The notes: generated by a model from the letters alone, not told the origin. A stretch of 64,000 bases of DNA from Lama glama (GCA_028534125.1 CM052818.1:35218001-35282000), one strand, 5' to 3'. Shown: positions 13,324 to 27,703, counted from the first letter of the stretch. Program-made: numbers and translations.

Positions 13324-15849
13324 GTGTGTGTATGTTCTCACAATTTACAACAGTAATGATCTTCACGAAGCTTTCAGGCTATTGCAAGAAATTATATCAG
13401 TATGTCAGGATGAGGGAGGATAAGGTAGGGCTTTTTCTTGTTTTTACAGAGCTAGAGCTAATAATAACAACATTTTGGGATTTAAAGTCATGATCCTCCA
13501 GTTCTATGATTACTAAAAAATCCTTGAAAAGTAATCATCCTTATTAATATTGGAGAAGTCTGCTTTTCTTTGAGCTTTATTTCTTTCCTAGCTAAACCTA
13601 GGGTATACCTGTAATTTCTGCAGATACCGAGCCTCAGAATTATATTTCATTGAGTTGAATTTCTTAATGAAATGTATATACTGATCTGGTTACAATTTAA
13701 AACAATCTGAATATTTCTTAGCACCTTCACAGGTCTTGCCTACTTTTGACTAGTGCCTGCGTTTAGCACCTACTAAATTAGCCCTTTTTCATTCTTCTTA
13801 AACCTTGACTCTGTGTACATATTTCTAACAAATCAATCTTCTTGAATCACTGCTTTTGTCATATTACTTTCCTATTTAAAAATCCACATAACTCCACTGC
13901 CTGTAGACTAAAGGAGGCACTCCTCGAGCTGGAATTCAAGGCCCTGTGTAATCGGGACCCACCTTACTTTTTTAATCTTATCTTCTGCTGCTAAGTTATA
14001 CAGGACAAACCTCGGCTTTGACCAGACCTGCCTCCTTCCTACCCTTTAAAGCTTTTCTCTTCCCACACCTCTGAGCTGGCTCGTGATGCCCTCACCCAGC
14101 TGCCCCCTTTCCTGAATGCCCCAGACTGCCTGCGCTTTGTACATCCATGAGCCAAGCTTCAATTCTGCTCCATTCATGAAACCTTCTTTGAACCCTAGAA
14201 GCAGCTAACTCATGAATCTCTTCTTTCCTTACCTGGATTCCTTGAATCCTTGTTGTATCTGTCATTTGGGCACCCAATAACATGCTCTCTCCTTCTTTAA
14301 GGATTTCTTGAGTATGTATCAGACCTGGATTTCTTGAAGACTGCAAGCACCTCCTTTTACCATCAACTTCTTCAGATCTGGCACCTTAGTACCTGGCACA
14401 ATCCAGGTGTTGCTGCTGACTTGTTGTGCATTTGAAGTATGGGGCACAATTGTAAATTCTTGTTAAATTAGTTTAAATTTGACAAGTTTTTTGTCTCTCT
14501 CTTCAAGGTCACATTATAGGTCCTTAACTTGTTTATTTGATAATGACTTTGATAAGATCTTACTGAAGCTTTGGAAGGCAATTAAAGAAAGGTTACTCAT
14601 ACCGTTAAAATCTGTTTTTTTGTTTTTTTTTAGTGAGCTTTTGGAGTGAGGTTCTTATTTTACTACTTGAAATAATCTTAGAGGTCAAAAGAAGATGGCA
14701 TCTCCTTTGGTAAAAGAACCTTTCTTTTTTGTCTTACTTATTTTTTCCCTTTTGGATAGTTTAATGGGATCATTTTAAGGGTAAAGTTGGATACATTGCC
14801 TCCAAGCATGAATTTAAGAAAATATTATGTTAATAATATTGAATAATCCTCCTCATTGGTTTTTTGCTTTTTCAGTAGAATTCTTTTTGGAGTTTAAGTG
14901 ACTTCTTTATTCTCTTTAGTCATTTCTTCCAAGCTGTCATGACTTCATGTTTAACTCTATGTAAGTCCAGCTGTTTTTTTCCCCTCACTTCCTGTGTCCA
15001 GTTTATTACAAGAAAAACGTTCTTGTTAAGAGCTTCTCTGTAGAGTTTCTTGAGATGAATATTTAACATCTTCATTTTGAGAAAGTGATTAAACTGCCAT
15101 TGATGTTGTCTGTGTGAGCTCAGTCCTTTGAAAGCTTAAAAATCTGGAACTGGTACAATATGGAGGGATAGAAATGTAGCTGACAGGTCGGATGTGGAGT
15201 ATGAGAGGAAGAGAGAAGTCGGTTTGGCCTGAACCATTGGAGACAGAGAGAGAGAAAGACAGTGGAACCTATAGGTGAACAAGTTTGGGTAGAATGAGAG
15301 CTCTGTTTTAGGCACATTGTGGGTTTTTTTGACACCTAAATAGAGATGTCAGATAGGCAATTTATATAAGTCTTGAGGACACTCATGGGACATGTATGGT
15401 TTGGAAATATAAATTTCAGAATTGGCAACTTAGAGATGATGTTTAGACAGAGAGGAGAAGACATGTAAGGATCAAGCCCTGTAGCTAGTTTCTTACTTCT
15501 TTAGATGATTAGTCAGTTAATTGATTCCTAAAAATTCTTTTTTTCTAATATGCACAGTCGAGATTAATTTAAAATCTCCAAACACGTGAGACTTTTGTGG
15601 GTATTTTTTGATGCTTTCTGATATTATTAAATTTTGGTCAGAGGTGGTATTCTGTATGACATTGATTCTTTGATAGAATTGAGATTTCTTTTAGGAGCAA
15701 GTATCTGAACAATCTTTCTAAACATCCTCTGTATGCTTAAAAAAAGACTCTCAGATTAGTATTGAGTGCTGTGTTCCTCATATTCCCAGTAGATTGCTTA
15801 TTAATTATGTGTGTAGAAAAGATTAAATTTAATTTTAAAAATAAAAATG

Positions 15850-16120
15850 CATTAAGTGATTATAGATGAAAATGCCAGCTGGCTTACTATTATGGGAGAA
15901 GCTTGTGGTACATTTTCCACTGAGAGCATTAGATACAGAGGAATTACTTCTAAACAGTTTGGACAGAAATGACCGTGATATACTCTGGAGAACAGTGTGA
16001 TGACTCAGAGAGCCTTTAGTGATGACGAAGACACTGATGTCAAAGATGCATTTAGAGAGTTTGGATGAAATTGAGTCATGAAACTGAAACAAAGTTATAT
16101 TTCTAATTTATTGTGATCTT
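15850..16120 (+). mobile_element. Pogo/Tc2-type (Kanga/MER104-like) DNA transposon transposase remnant
   Basis: ctaaacagtttggacagaaatgaccgtgatatactctgg translates as LNSLDRNDRDILW, resembling the SNxLDGxEDDxLW motif of pogo-family transposase C-termini; an acidic tail follows. Confidence 0.45.
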
Positions 16121-16854
16121 AAATGTTTTAAGTAGCAGTGGGAGGAAGAAGAGAAATAGGATAAGTAGGAGAAGTGTAAGGGACGGCAGGCTTTTGGTAT
16201 TTTTTTTCTTTTTTAAAAAACAGGGGAAGCAATCCTACTATATAAGGTGATCTTTCCCAAGAAAGGATCTCCAAAACTGACTTGAACACGTAAACCTTTA
16301 AATGAATCAAATCAAACGTCTTGTTACTGTGGTTACACTGGAGTAAGTTACAAGTGAAGAAGTATTGGTGGAGCCAAAAGCTTAACATCTTTGAAATGAG
16401 AAATACTCTAGACCCCTTCTGACACATTGTCAGCGTCACTTTCAACTCCCTGTCTGCAGCAGCATTCTTCATCTTCCTGTGACTGTGTCCCTTTGTCATT
16501 TCCCCCAACCTTTATGTGGGGACAGAGGAGAAATAATGAAGACTTTGAGTGGAAAAGCTGTAAGAGTACCATAATCAGCTGTTCTTCTACTCCGGGCATT
16601 CCAACAAACAGTGAAAACAGAGGGTGTGGGGTGTGAGGTGGAGCTCATGGCACTGACGGGGGCACCAGTTATAACGGTAGCTACCAAGAAAGCCTTCATG
16701 ATCTGCGGTTTAACACCTACACAGGGTTTAGACTTAGAAACTTTTTCAAAGCCAGTAATTTCAGATACTAATTATGGATTTCTGTCTAACTGGAGAGAGT
16801 AATGGATAATTTATGAATATCTCTGAACCTCCAAACATAAAGCAAACTAGTCTA

Positions 16855-18060
16855 CTTTGAAATAGGTTTGTAGTAAGTTTGAAGTCAGAAAGTATGTATC
16901 CTGCAGCTTTTGTTCTTTTGGAAGATGATTTTTGGCTATTCTATCTTTCTTGTATTTCTGTATGAACTTAGGATCATCTTGTCCAGTTCTACAAAAAAGG
17001 CAGCTATGATTTTGATAGGGATTGCATTGAATCTGTAGATCAGTTCAGGGAATATTGCTGTCTTAACATATTAAGTCTTCCAGTCCATGAATATGGAATG
17101 TCTTTCCATTTATTTAGATCTTAATTTCTTTTAACGACGCGTTGTAGTTTTCAGTGTTCAAGTGTTGCATTTCTTTAACTTTATTCTAAAGTGTTTTATT
17201 CTTTTTGATGCTATTATAAATGAAATTGTTTTCTTAATTTCATTTTCAGATTGTTCATTGCTAATATATAGAAAATTTTTTTGTATTGACCTTGTACCCA
17301 GCTTTGTTGAACTTGTTTATTAACTCTAGTAGGTTTTTGGGGGGAGGTGGGGTGTTGGATTCTTTAAGGTTTTCTATATTTGCATCACATCATCTGCAAA
17401 TAGAGATAGTTTTACTTCTTCTTTTACAGTTTCGATATCTTTTATTTCTTTTTCTTGCCTAGTTGTTGTGGTATACCCTCATTATTGAATGATAATTTGG
17501 CTGGATTTAAAATCTAGCCAAAAGGTGTTTTCCCTTCATTCTTTGAAGATATCATTCCTCTGTTATAACCAGTTTTAATAACAATCTGATTCTCCTTCCT
17601 TTCTGTTGAATCTCTCATATTTTGCTAGTAACTTTTAGGGTTTTCTTTATAACATTAGTAATTGAAGTTTCACTATAATTTGTCTGGATATGAACTTTTT
17701 TTAAGTTTATTTCTATTTAATTTAATTTTTATACTCAGAGGAGTCTTACTCTGTAAAGCTTCATGTCTTTCAACAGCTCTGAAAAATTCTCAGCCATTCT
17801 CTGTGTTAAATACCAGTGTCTCTCCTCCATCCCCTCTGGTCTCTCTGGAACTCTGAGTTACAGGCTTTAAAACTGGATTTAGCTCTCGTGTTTCTTAACT
17901 TAGAGGGGAAAAGTAGCATCAATCTTCAGCTGTATTCAGTCTATCTGAGGAGGTTTTTTTGAAAAAAATCTCAATAATTATGATTTTCATTTACAAAATC
18001 TCTAATTGGTTATTTTTCAGAATGTCTTATAGATGCTCTTCTATCCTCTAGGTGCCTGAG
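16855..18060 (-). mobile_element. LINE-1 fragments (ORF2 to ~17470, then an older ORF1-region piece)
   Basis: ttgatagggattgcattgaatctgtagatc, catcatctgcaaatagagatagttttacttc and gataatttggctgga motifs. Confidence 0.85.
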
Positions 18061-21000
18061 GATATTAAGTAGGCTCATTTTAAAGGCCGTCTTAGATGCA
18101 CTGTTCTCTGTGGGGGGTTTTTGTGTGTGTAGAGGTGGTGTTTTGGAGGTGTGGGGTGGATTTGGTTAAGTTCTTCCAGCCTCCTCAGGGGTGGCCCTGT
18201 GTGTGGCTGATGGCAGCTCAATGCAGCCGCTGCTCACCACAATGGCTTCTTATTTATTTTCTTCCTTTGGTGATACTTCTCATTTTTTTTAAGGCTTAAA
18301 GAGAGCTTCCCTTTTTAAAAATTTGGTTCTAGCTATGCATGCATCAATTGATTTTTATATCTTTAAGTCATTTTTCTTTGGTACAGGAGTGTGAGCTCTC
18401 AGCATGTGCTCAGTTTGCCAACTTGACCCAGAAGTCCCTAGACTACACCTTCAGCTGATTTATAATTCACTGTCTTAGCACTGTCTCCAAAGGTCTGTGT
18501 ATGGCCTTTTCAGCAGAGACTTCGATACACATTTAATGAATGACATGTCATTCTTTATTCCCCTGGCAAACTCCCTAATGTATTAGGACAGTTAAAATTA
18601 CTTTTAGATTCTTTTAGCCGAGAAATTAAATACCAAGACTGATTTAACAGGCATAGTTGGCAGATGCATTTAGTACCTGTGAGAAGTACTGATGTTTTTC
18701 TGTGTCCAGGTAAGCTCCTGAGAACATTATTTAGTCAGCAGGACTCCTCCCACTCAAGAATTGTTGCCATCCCAAATGGCCTGTCTGTTAGCTATCCATC
18801 TTTGACTTCCTTGTCTGAACACGTTTTCCATTTAAATTCAGTTCAGGTGAGCCTTCACCAATTTTGCATTTTTGGGTTTAGCTAATACATTGTTTCAAGT
18901 AGATTGGAATGAAAAGTAGAATCATAAAAGCTTATCATTGAAAAATACTGTTGCACACGCACTCTGTGCCTGTCACGGTTCTAGGTCCGCAGCATGAACA
19001 TGGTGGTGGAATGAGCCCGGTGGGCCCTGCCCTCATGAAGCCTGCAGCCTCTCAAGTGAGACCGGTCAAAAAGTAAACGCTGATTTTATGTAATTGTGAA
19101 TTGTGATAAGGATTATAAAAGAAAAGAGCGGGTTACTGGGAGTGAGTATAGCAGAGACTTCTATTTTAAATTTTGTAGTAAGGAAAGGAGTTTTCAAACT
19201 TTAAAACAGCAGTGGGACACTTTGTTTCTATGAACCCTTATGTGAAATAGAAACGGGGCTACTCTTACTGAAATCAGGCTGGGGCCTGATCCCTTTGCTC
19301 TCCTCAATGATTACTGAAGCACCTCGTGGAATCCTTTGATGCCCAGGGAACATGTGTGAAAACTGCTGTTCTAGAGCCAGCCCCCTTCATTTCACAGACC
19401 AATGAGCTGAGGCACAAAGGGCTTCATTGTCCTGAGTCACGTGGGTCACTCCGTCTGCTTAGAACCAGAATCAGGAGCTGAACCCGGTTCTGCCACACTT
19501 GTGTTTTTCCCCGTCTCCACTGCCTCTTCTTCCCCTCTGATGCATTTTTATTATGAAATCATGGCATTTTAATCTCTGTAGTTCTTTTTTACCCCCGAAA
19601 TTAGTTTTACCTGTTGTTGTTCACACTTATCCTTCACATTCTGTGCTCTGCTCCCTCCTGTGTATCCTTAGCTTGTAGCCTTGAAGGATATTACCCACTG
19701 CTATTTTGCTATTTTGTTTTTATTATTTTTTTGCTGTGTCATACTCTCATTTTCTGCCAAACATTTGAACACATGAATCTTTTTTTATTCTTTAGACTGT
19801 TATTATTGATATCAAAATGTTTATATTAACTGGTTAGCAAGCTGATTTGTTGGGTTGTCTTTTCACACCTCTTCATCTATCTCGGCAGATGATAGAATTC
19901 TTTCCCCAGCACTTAGGTTGTTAGTGTGGCTTTCATCCATTTTTATTAGTGTAAATACTTGTGTATCTTTTTACCATTTTGTCTTATTTTTGCTTTACTG
20001 TGGCAGAAAAATTCAGAGCCTGTGTTTGAATAGAGTAGCATATTTGCCCTTCAGAAGTGTAAGGAAGTCATGAAAATTAAGGTGGCCTGGGAGGCTCGAG
20101 CTGTAGCATCTGGGTAGTGACATTAGAGAGGAAGGTATTTGTCTTCATTTGGGAGACTAGTAGAGAACTGATGATTTGGGGAAGAATGGTAGCATGAGCG
20201 CTGTGCTTAGGAAAGTAATTTTAACCATGAGAAATCAGATAAGCCACAGTTGAAAGGTTCTCTGTGGACACTGGTGGACTTATAGAAAACCTTTACAATA
20301 TTTAAGTCGCACTAATGAAATGCGTGCTGAAATGTGATGATGCCAGTGAGGTGGAGACCAAGAGCAGGTCAATTTAAGAGCTATCGAGTAGATGAAATAG
20401 AAAAGAGGCCACAGGGTGACTCTTGAGTGTCAGGGACATCCTCGTCTTCTGAACACCCTGCTTGGGGTGTCCCTGAAAGCCCACTCTCTCACCATACGGC
20501 CCTGTTTCAGCCGCCCTCTGATGCTCTGCCTTTATGAAGTAAGGAACTCTTTGCATCTAAGGGGTAGTTAGACACCACTGTTCTGGTTTTTTTCACTCTG
20601 CTGGTGTTCCCCTTAACTCCTCTTCAACAAAACAAAAAAAAATCAAGCTTTGCTAGTTCTCCCTACCTCCTAATTGCTACCTACAGACTGCTTGGCAGAC
20701 ACAGTACTGCAGGCTGCTTCTGTATCAAGCATTTAGCAATTAGGAGAGGCCCTAGGAGAGGGGAGGTGGGGGATGCTCCTTGATGTCCCCATCGGAGTGG
20801 AGTTGTAGACAGGGTTAATTAGGTCGCTAACTTGCAGCGGAACTTGGATTCTGTTGCAGGAGGGGGCGTTTCATGTTTAAGCTTCTAAGGAGTGGTACCT
20901 ACTCTGTGTGCTGCGTCTGCCTTCCTGTCATTGGCTGCATTCGACTGCTTGATGGACTTGCTGGCGAAGTGCAGACGTGTGCTTCCTTCTAATGAATTGT

Positions 21001-22879
21001 TCTCTCGTACCTGCTCGTTCCCAAAATGCTCTGTGGGATAAACTACCTTGGAGAGAAGATTCTTCGTCATGTGGCTGTTCTGTTTCCTTAGAGACAACAG
21101 CAGGGTAATGCATTAGATGCCAGATCCGTAGAAAAAGAAGAAGCATTTGCTACAGAACGTAAAGGTTTGAGAGCGCTTCCTTGCCTTTATGTCTTTGCTG
21201 CTTGAGCTGCTGGGCTGATGACGATTGTGTTTATTTTTGGCAGGATGCTAGAGCCTGTGGAACTTCCCAGACAGTTATAATAAAAAGGGGAAGCCCGCTA
21301 TATCTTTTCCTGTCTGGTTAACTGTAAAAAATACATGCGGGTCAGCCTGGCTTCTATAAAAATGTATGTTTCCACTTTAGAAAACAAGTTTCAGTAATGA
21401 CCATATGGACAGGTCAGGAAGTGACATTGTGTCATGCATTTCTTTGACCTCTCTGTGAACAGTAACTTGTGGAAGTTTAAGTTGTCCTCTTATCTTTCTA
21501 GAAATACAGGAGTTGACATCTATATAAAGTATTGACAACTTCCTTTCTAAGTTTAATGAACAAAGAGAACAAAGAAGGAAGGATTCAGGGATTGTGGAAA
21601 GGTTTTTACAATAAAATAGTACATTTCTGTTGATTTAGTTAACTCATTTGTAAGACCTTTTGTCTCCTTTTTTTCAATACAATAATATTAAAATGAGTAG
21701 CACTATTCAATAATTTGCTAATTATTGCCTCATTTTACAGTTCTGTCCTTTCCCAGAGCTAGCTCGAGATACCTGGGTTCCTCTGGGTATCTCCAGGTGC
21801 TGCCTAGTGAACATTCTGTATAAGAATATATTTGTGTATTTTTTAAAAAAAACAATTTAAAGAGAAATAAATAGGAAAGTCAATTCTAAAAAACAGAGAG
21901 AGAGAGAATGTATTTGTGGTAAGCTTCTCCTTCCTGAGAAATTGTTCATTCTAAGTCTTATACCACAAATGGCTGTGTTGAACTGCTAGAAATAGGAATT
22001 GAGGCATGTGTGTCTGTTGATAGGTCTTTTTTACATTAATAAATTAGTTGCAACATGTTTGGATTAGTGGTTGGTTTTGGAAATTATAAATCTTTTCTTT
22101 TGGTTAATGAATTGTCAGTGACCAGTAAAGTAAATGTACTTCCCTAACAGTCAGAGAAGCCTCACTGTAAATGTGTAACATGATGTTTACATTACAGTTA
22201 CAGTACCAGATGGTTATTTTTTTAATGATTTTCTGAGGCAGTTTTGGCAAGTAAAGGCAGTTTTGTTGGTTTGTTTAACCTCATTGCTTTGGTGGATAAC
22301 CACAGAACCAGTGGAGTAACAGGAGATGGTTGGTCTGGTACACAGACAGAAATAAGGAGCAAAACTTCACACTACTCAAGGAGGAGGAAAAGGATCCTCA
22401 CTTGTCATAACCGTTGGCTAGAGGCAGGATGCTTTTTGAGAGGGTAATGGAAATAATAGGGAGTAAGGCGGTCGTAGAATCTGCCCTCCTTCGTATTTCA
22501 CCAGAGCTGCAGTGTGCCCTTGTTACATGTCAGTATAAGTCCCAATTTCCTCTTCATCATAATGGAATAATTAGATAAACAGGCTTTCTCATTAGATCAT
22601 ATATTGTTTTAGTGTGGAGGTCTGTGAATAGATTTACAGGCTACTAAATTTTGGAGGGTAGCAACTAAAGAGAGAAACAGATGCCACCTTCATCCTAAAG
22701 CAGTGTCATCTGGGCTGATCACCCCAAGCAGAGACTCAGAAATGCCTGGATCCTGGACACGGCCATTTGGCACTTGTCTTTCGGTAAAAGTTTGTGCTTA
22801 AGTAAAAGTGAATATTTTTCACTGATTTGCTCTTCAGCTGTTTTTCTGGGAGTAAAAGCCACTTCTTTGGAGAAGTGGT

Positions 22880-23290
22880 TCTCTCTCAACCCTAACTGTG
22901 TTGTTCTAAGAGGATGACCAATCAAAATATTGGGCTCTCTGTCTACCCGAGTGGGCAGATGACTCAAGGTGGGTCACCTTGAGTCTTTTCTGGGAATTTC
23001 AAATTGGAACGAGGAAAGAGGTTTTGTCCTCAAAGGGTGAAGCTACCGTAAGTTAGGCGGAAGTTGCTTCTTGTTAAGCATATAAAGCTGTGCGATCCTT
23101 ACAGACTGATTCAAGATGAGATCCTAGAAAAGGTAACAGCAGGTGTCCTGATGACTTTCCAGGGCCCTGGAAGCTCCCCTCACCAACCTTCATGAAGTTT
23201 AGTTACGAATTTAGTTGTCATTCAGTTATGATAATTAGTAATTCATCTCTTTTTTTCTAAAATACTTCAGGTTAGATTTGAAGCCAGTGG
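22880..23290. mobile_element. Ancient ERVL-type LTR remnant (LTR16/LTR33-like)
   Basis: gaccaatca...gtgggcagatgactcaag...ctgggaatttcaaattggaa pattern; highly decayed. Confidence 0.4.
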
Positions 23291-23444
23291 TCCTGAAGCA
23301 GGGCAGTGTTTCTCAAAGATGATAATTTATTCTTCCCTGAGAACTCTACTCTGAAAAATTCACTTGGGTGATACAGAGATGCCTGTATTAGGTGGTGAAT
23401 CTTGGGTTTGATCTATTCAGTGGTATTAGAACCAGGTAAAAGTG

Positions 23445-23625
23445 GATCCCAGTGCTGGTCCTGCCACTTGCTAGTTTCATGACCTTGAGCATGTTCATTA
23501 TCCTCTTTAACCTTTCTTTATTTGTAAGATAGGAATACCATCATGAGTAGTAGCAAGAATCCCAGTAAGATATCTGAGGACCTAGCTCAGTGCTAATGCA
23601 GTGTTCATACTCAATAGATGTTAGT
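23445..23625 (+). mobile_element. MIR SINE
   Basis: ctgccacttgctagtttcatgaccttgagc core. Confidence 0.7.
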
Positions 23626-25469
23626 AAGTGCAGTATCCCTTCCCTCCCAACCCTCTCAGTGTTCCAGAAGTAAATTTATGCAAAATACACGGCAAATCTT
23701 GTAACTGTTAACGTCATAGGATTTTTCATATTCTTTTGTTGTAGTGGTCTGTGGTTAATTATTTGAAATAAGTTGTAGTCTTTGTTATTAATGATTTTAC
23801 GTATGTTTTATTGTGAATGATAATTATCAAATTAGATTTGACCTAAAGATTGTAATATGTTAAGCTAAAGCATAAATGCCTATTGCTGTGATAACCAGTA
23901 AGGGTTAGACTAATGCAAATTATAAACCTCTTGTAGGCAGGGACGGCTTTCGGCTTGTTTTTGTTTTTTGTTTTCGCTCAAAGCCCTTGAGTGTGGGGAA
24001 TGAATAGACTATGGGTTTTTGTTTGTTTGAATACTGATAAGGCCCTTGTTTATTCAAATGGAGTTTGTAGTCAATGAATGGCGTTATGGGGATACTAAAA
24101 TTTCAGGAGCCAATTCTCTGGTAAGAGAAGCCAGAAAGAGTGGAACCTTGGCAAGTCTATGAAGAAAGACATTCCAGGCTGGGTTCCTAGGAGAAGATTT
24201 AAAAGTAGAGGCTTAGAAAAAGCAAAAAAAAAAAACTTGCTTGGGAAATGTGGAAGGCCTGAGTAGTTTGATAGATAAAAGAATGAAGTAGTCTAGAGTC
24301 CGGGTTTTGAATTTGTCTTAAAGTATGGTGAAATCTGCTGCATAATCTTAAAGATGAGGAAAGTATTATCAAAAGGAGTAGGGAAAGATAATTTCAGAAG
24401 CAACGTAGGTGTCTATGATTGAAGGCCACATAGCTGGCTACAAAAATCATAATAAATGATTAAATGTACTTAACTAAAATGTTCAATTACCTCACGTGTA
24501 AAGCATTATTGTAGGAACTGCAAAAAAGTAATCAACTAAATGAAAGCATATAGCATAATGAAACCTGGTAAAAAGTCCCCAAACGTGCATGAGTGACTTA
24601 TAGCTGTCAAGGGAAAAGAAAATTTCAGGACTGTAACCTTAACCTTTACCACTGAAAAAACATTCTGGGAGGAAGAACAAGATAATGACGCAATGTTTTT
24701 AAAAGTATAGGGTAGGGGTAAGTATCTGTCTCCCTGGATGACTTCCCCCAGAAAAGGTTCATCAAAGGGCCTACGGAAAAGTGACAGGTGCCCAAGGTCT
24801 CACCCATCCTCTCAGGCTTCAGACTTGGCTTTGTTCATGTACCTCTTTATTCATTCACTATTTTTAAGTGGAGATTTTGCTTAAGCAACATTATTATACT
24901 TTTACATCCTTGGTAAGAGAATCCTATCCAGAAATTGTTTACCCCTGGATCTAAGTCAACTTTGAAAATCAGGACAAGTAATTACACCCAATGTTGGTCC
25001 TGAGCCCAGTGTTAAACTTTTTTTTTAACCAATAGTCTGACTGATACAATAATTTCCTCATTAAATGTGTGTATTTTGTCAGGCTTAGATGACAAATCTA
25101 AAAGAGCTTTGAAATTAAGATTAGATTTTAAAGTCATTCTAACAGAGATATGTTTTTGAAGGACACAGTTCATGCTAGCTTACTTAGTTTTCCTTGGGAC
25201 AGCCTAGAGGCGGTTAAGAATGAGAGCCTGCAACCAAATGGCTTGAGTTGAAAGAGGCATTTATAACTCAGAGTTCTAACGATGTGATAGAGGAAACAAT
25301 AAATCACCCCACACCATACCCTGGGGTTATTATTGTTTTTCCTTCCTATAGAAACAACTCTACAAGAGCTATGATTTAGCATCATGCTGTTGGTTTTAAT
25401 TTATAGGCCAAACAGGCTTGATTACATTAAGTGCAGCAATCAAAGGTAGTAGAGACACTACACCATAAG

Positions 25470-25700
25470 GATTAGGAACACAGATCCAAGAGCCAGACTG
25501 CCTCGGTTCAAATCCTGCTTCTGCCACACAAGTTGGCTGTGACCATGGGTACATTACTTCTCTCCGTGATTTGCGTCTCCATCTGTAAAATAAAGGTGGT
25601 AGTAGCATCTACCTCCTTGGTGGCTGTGAGGTTTAAATGAGTGAATCCATGAGGGATGTTAGAACTGGGTCTGGCACACGTTCAGCACTCGGTAAGTTGT
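25470..25700 (+). mobile_element. MIR SINE, near full length
   Basis: gagccagactgcctcggttcaaatcctgcttctgccac...catctgtaaaat...ctggcacac. Confidence 0.9.
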
Positions 25701-26277
25701 TGTGAAAGACACTCTCCACTTTGATTCCATTACTAAGTCACAGATGAAAACTTGCTAGGCTGCAAGCATGACAAACATACCTACCAAATACAACAACTAG
25801 TAATATCATTATTCCATTCTCAGAGGATAGCCTCACCAAAGCTAAATATAACAGAAAGGTTACTTTTTACACACACTACACTCATATGTGTTCCACAGCA
25901 TGGTGCTGACTCATGGTCAAATATTTCCTGAGAGCCTGATCCATGTCTCATCCTATGCCAGATACTCGAAATACAATGATGAAAAATTACACACATTTCC
26001 TACAGTCTAATAGAGGAGATAATGTACATGGAGCTAAAGTGTTTTCTTTTCTTTCCTTTTGGGGGGTGTGGTGGTAGGGATGTTGGGGGGTTGTGGAACT
26101 TTGGATCCACTCACACCGTTTAACAGGGCTTTCTTCTACTGACGGTCTCGAAGTTCCCTCTCGTTCTCCCTTAACTTCTCAGTTTGCTTTCTTAATGATA
26201 CCAGAAGCAGCATAGGCTCACTGTATAAAATTTGACTCAGTGCTATTAAAAATTTTCATTTCTGTTTTTTTTCTTCT

Positions 26278-26302
26278 TTATATATATATATATATATATA
26301 TA
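26278..26302. repeat. (TA)n microsatellite
   Basis: About 12 TA units. Confidence 0.95.
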
Positions 26303-27592
26303 AACATTAAGCATGTTTTCTTTGAAAATCAGGAAAAATTGGAAGAGTACAGGAGAGTATAAATAGGTAAGAAAAATAATTCCCAGAATTCCACTTTTCT
26401 TACATTTTGATATTTTTTCTCCAGATATTTTGTTTTACGCTTATTACATTATTTAACTGAGACCACACTGTACATATAAACAGTTTTGTCTTATTTTATA
26501 GGGTTATTGTGAAGATAAAATAATGTATTTAAAGCCCCAGACCCTATGTCTGATAGATATATATTGAACATTTAGTAATTGCTAGCTAGTATGATAGTTA
26601 CCTTGCCCTTCTTTTTTACCTCTTACATGCTAAGCTGTTTCTCATGTAATTAGAAAACTCTGCATAAGCATTATTTTTTAGTGGCGGCATAATAGGCTAC
26701 ATTCACAGATGTACCATGGTTTACTTTTTCCTTTCTCTCATATTTGAACATTTAGGTTTCTTCCAAAATTACTCTATTGTGAATAATATTTCCCTAAATA
26801 TTTTAAAATATAAAATTATCTTTGCATTTCTGATTAATTCCTTGGAATATATTCCTAGGAAGGAAATTAGTCAAAATGTTTGAACTTTTTTAAAGATCTT
26901 TGATGGACATATTGACAAATTACTTCCTAGAAATTTTGCTTAGCTTGTACTTTCAGTCCTGGCTAGTAGTCAGTGAAAGGCCTGTGTCAAAATCCTCTCC
27001 AGCCTTGAGGATTACCTTAAATTTAAAAGAAAAAAATCATTATTATTTTCATAAGGGAAAATGAGTCTGTAATTTTAGCAGATTTCTTCGCTTTTTCATA
27101 ATTAACGCATTTTTATAATTGAGTTATTTGTATTCTTTCTTTCTAAAGGTGTATTTTCACTTTGCCATTTATCTAATTGATATCTAGTAGTTATAAATTT
27201 ATATGAATCTCTTGTATATTAAAGCTATTAATTTTTGTTCTGTCACATTTGTTGAAATAGTTCCCCAAATTTCTATTTTTCTTTCTTTTCTGATTATTTA
27301 AATCATTCAAGTTAATTGATCTTTTCCTTCCTAATTTTTCCATTGCTTTTGAGCTTAGAAAGTCCTCTCTATCCATAGACCCATATGTTTTCTTTTGATC
27401 TATATAATTAAACATTTATATTTAGTTCCTTAACACACTGGAAATATATTTTTCTTTGTAGGGTGAGGTGATCTCAATATTTCCACATAGCACATAGCAG
27501 TTTTTCTTACTTCTATTAAATACTTATTGCATTATATTGTAATTACTTTTTCTGAATTTTTCTTCTTCATAAGACTTAAGCCTTCATCCTTT

Positions 27593-27703
27593 TTTGTTTG
27601 TTTGTTTCACTTTTTGGTTGTTTTTTAATGGGGGTACTGGGGATTAAACCCAGGACCTTGTGCATGCTAAGCGTGCACTCTACCACTGAGTTATACCCTC
27701 CCC
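27593..27703 (-). mobile_element. Vic-1-like SINE inserted in an L2 3' end
   Basis: Reverse complement begins GGGGAGGGTATAACTCAGTGGTAGAGTGCACGCTTAGCATGCAC; imperfect TSD taagccttcatccttt / taagttttcatccttt. Confidence 0.92.

Noticed and set aside
21092..21104. Candidate coding microexon (ttccttag|AGACAACAGCAGG|gtaatg), by analogy with the 9-nt DTNA microexon at the equivalent position
   Set aside because: At 13 nt it would frameshift. Kept only as part of a possible regulatory or first-exon region.
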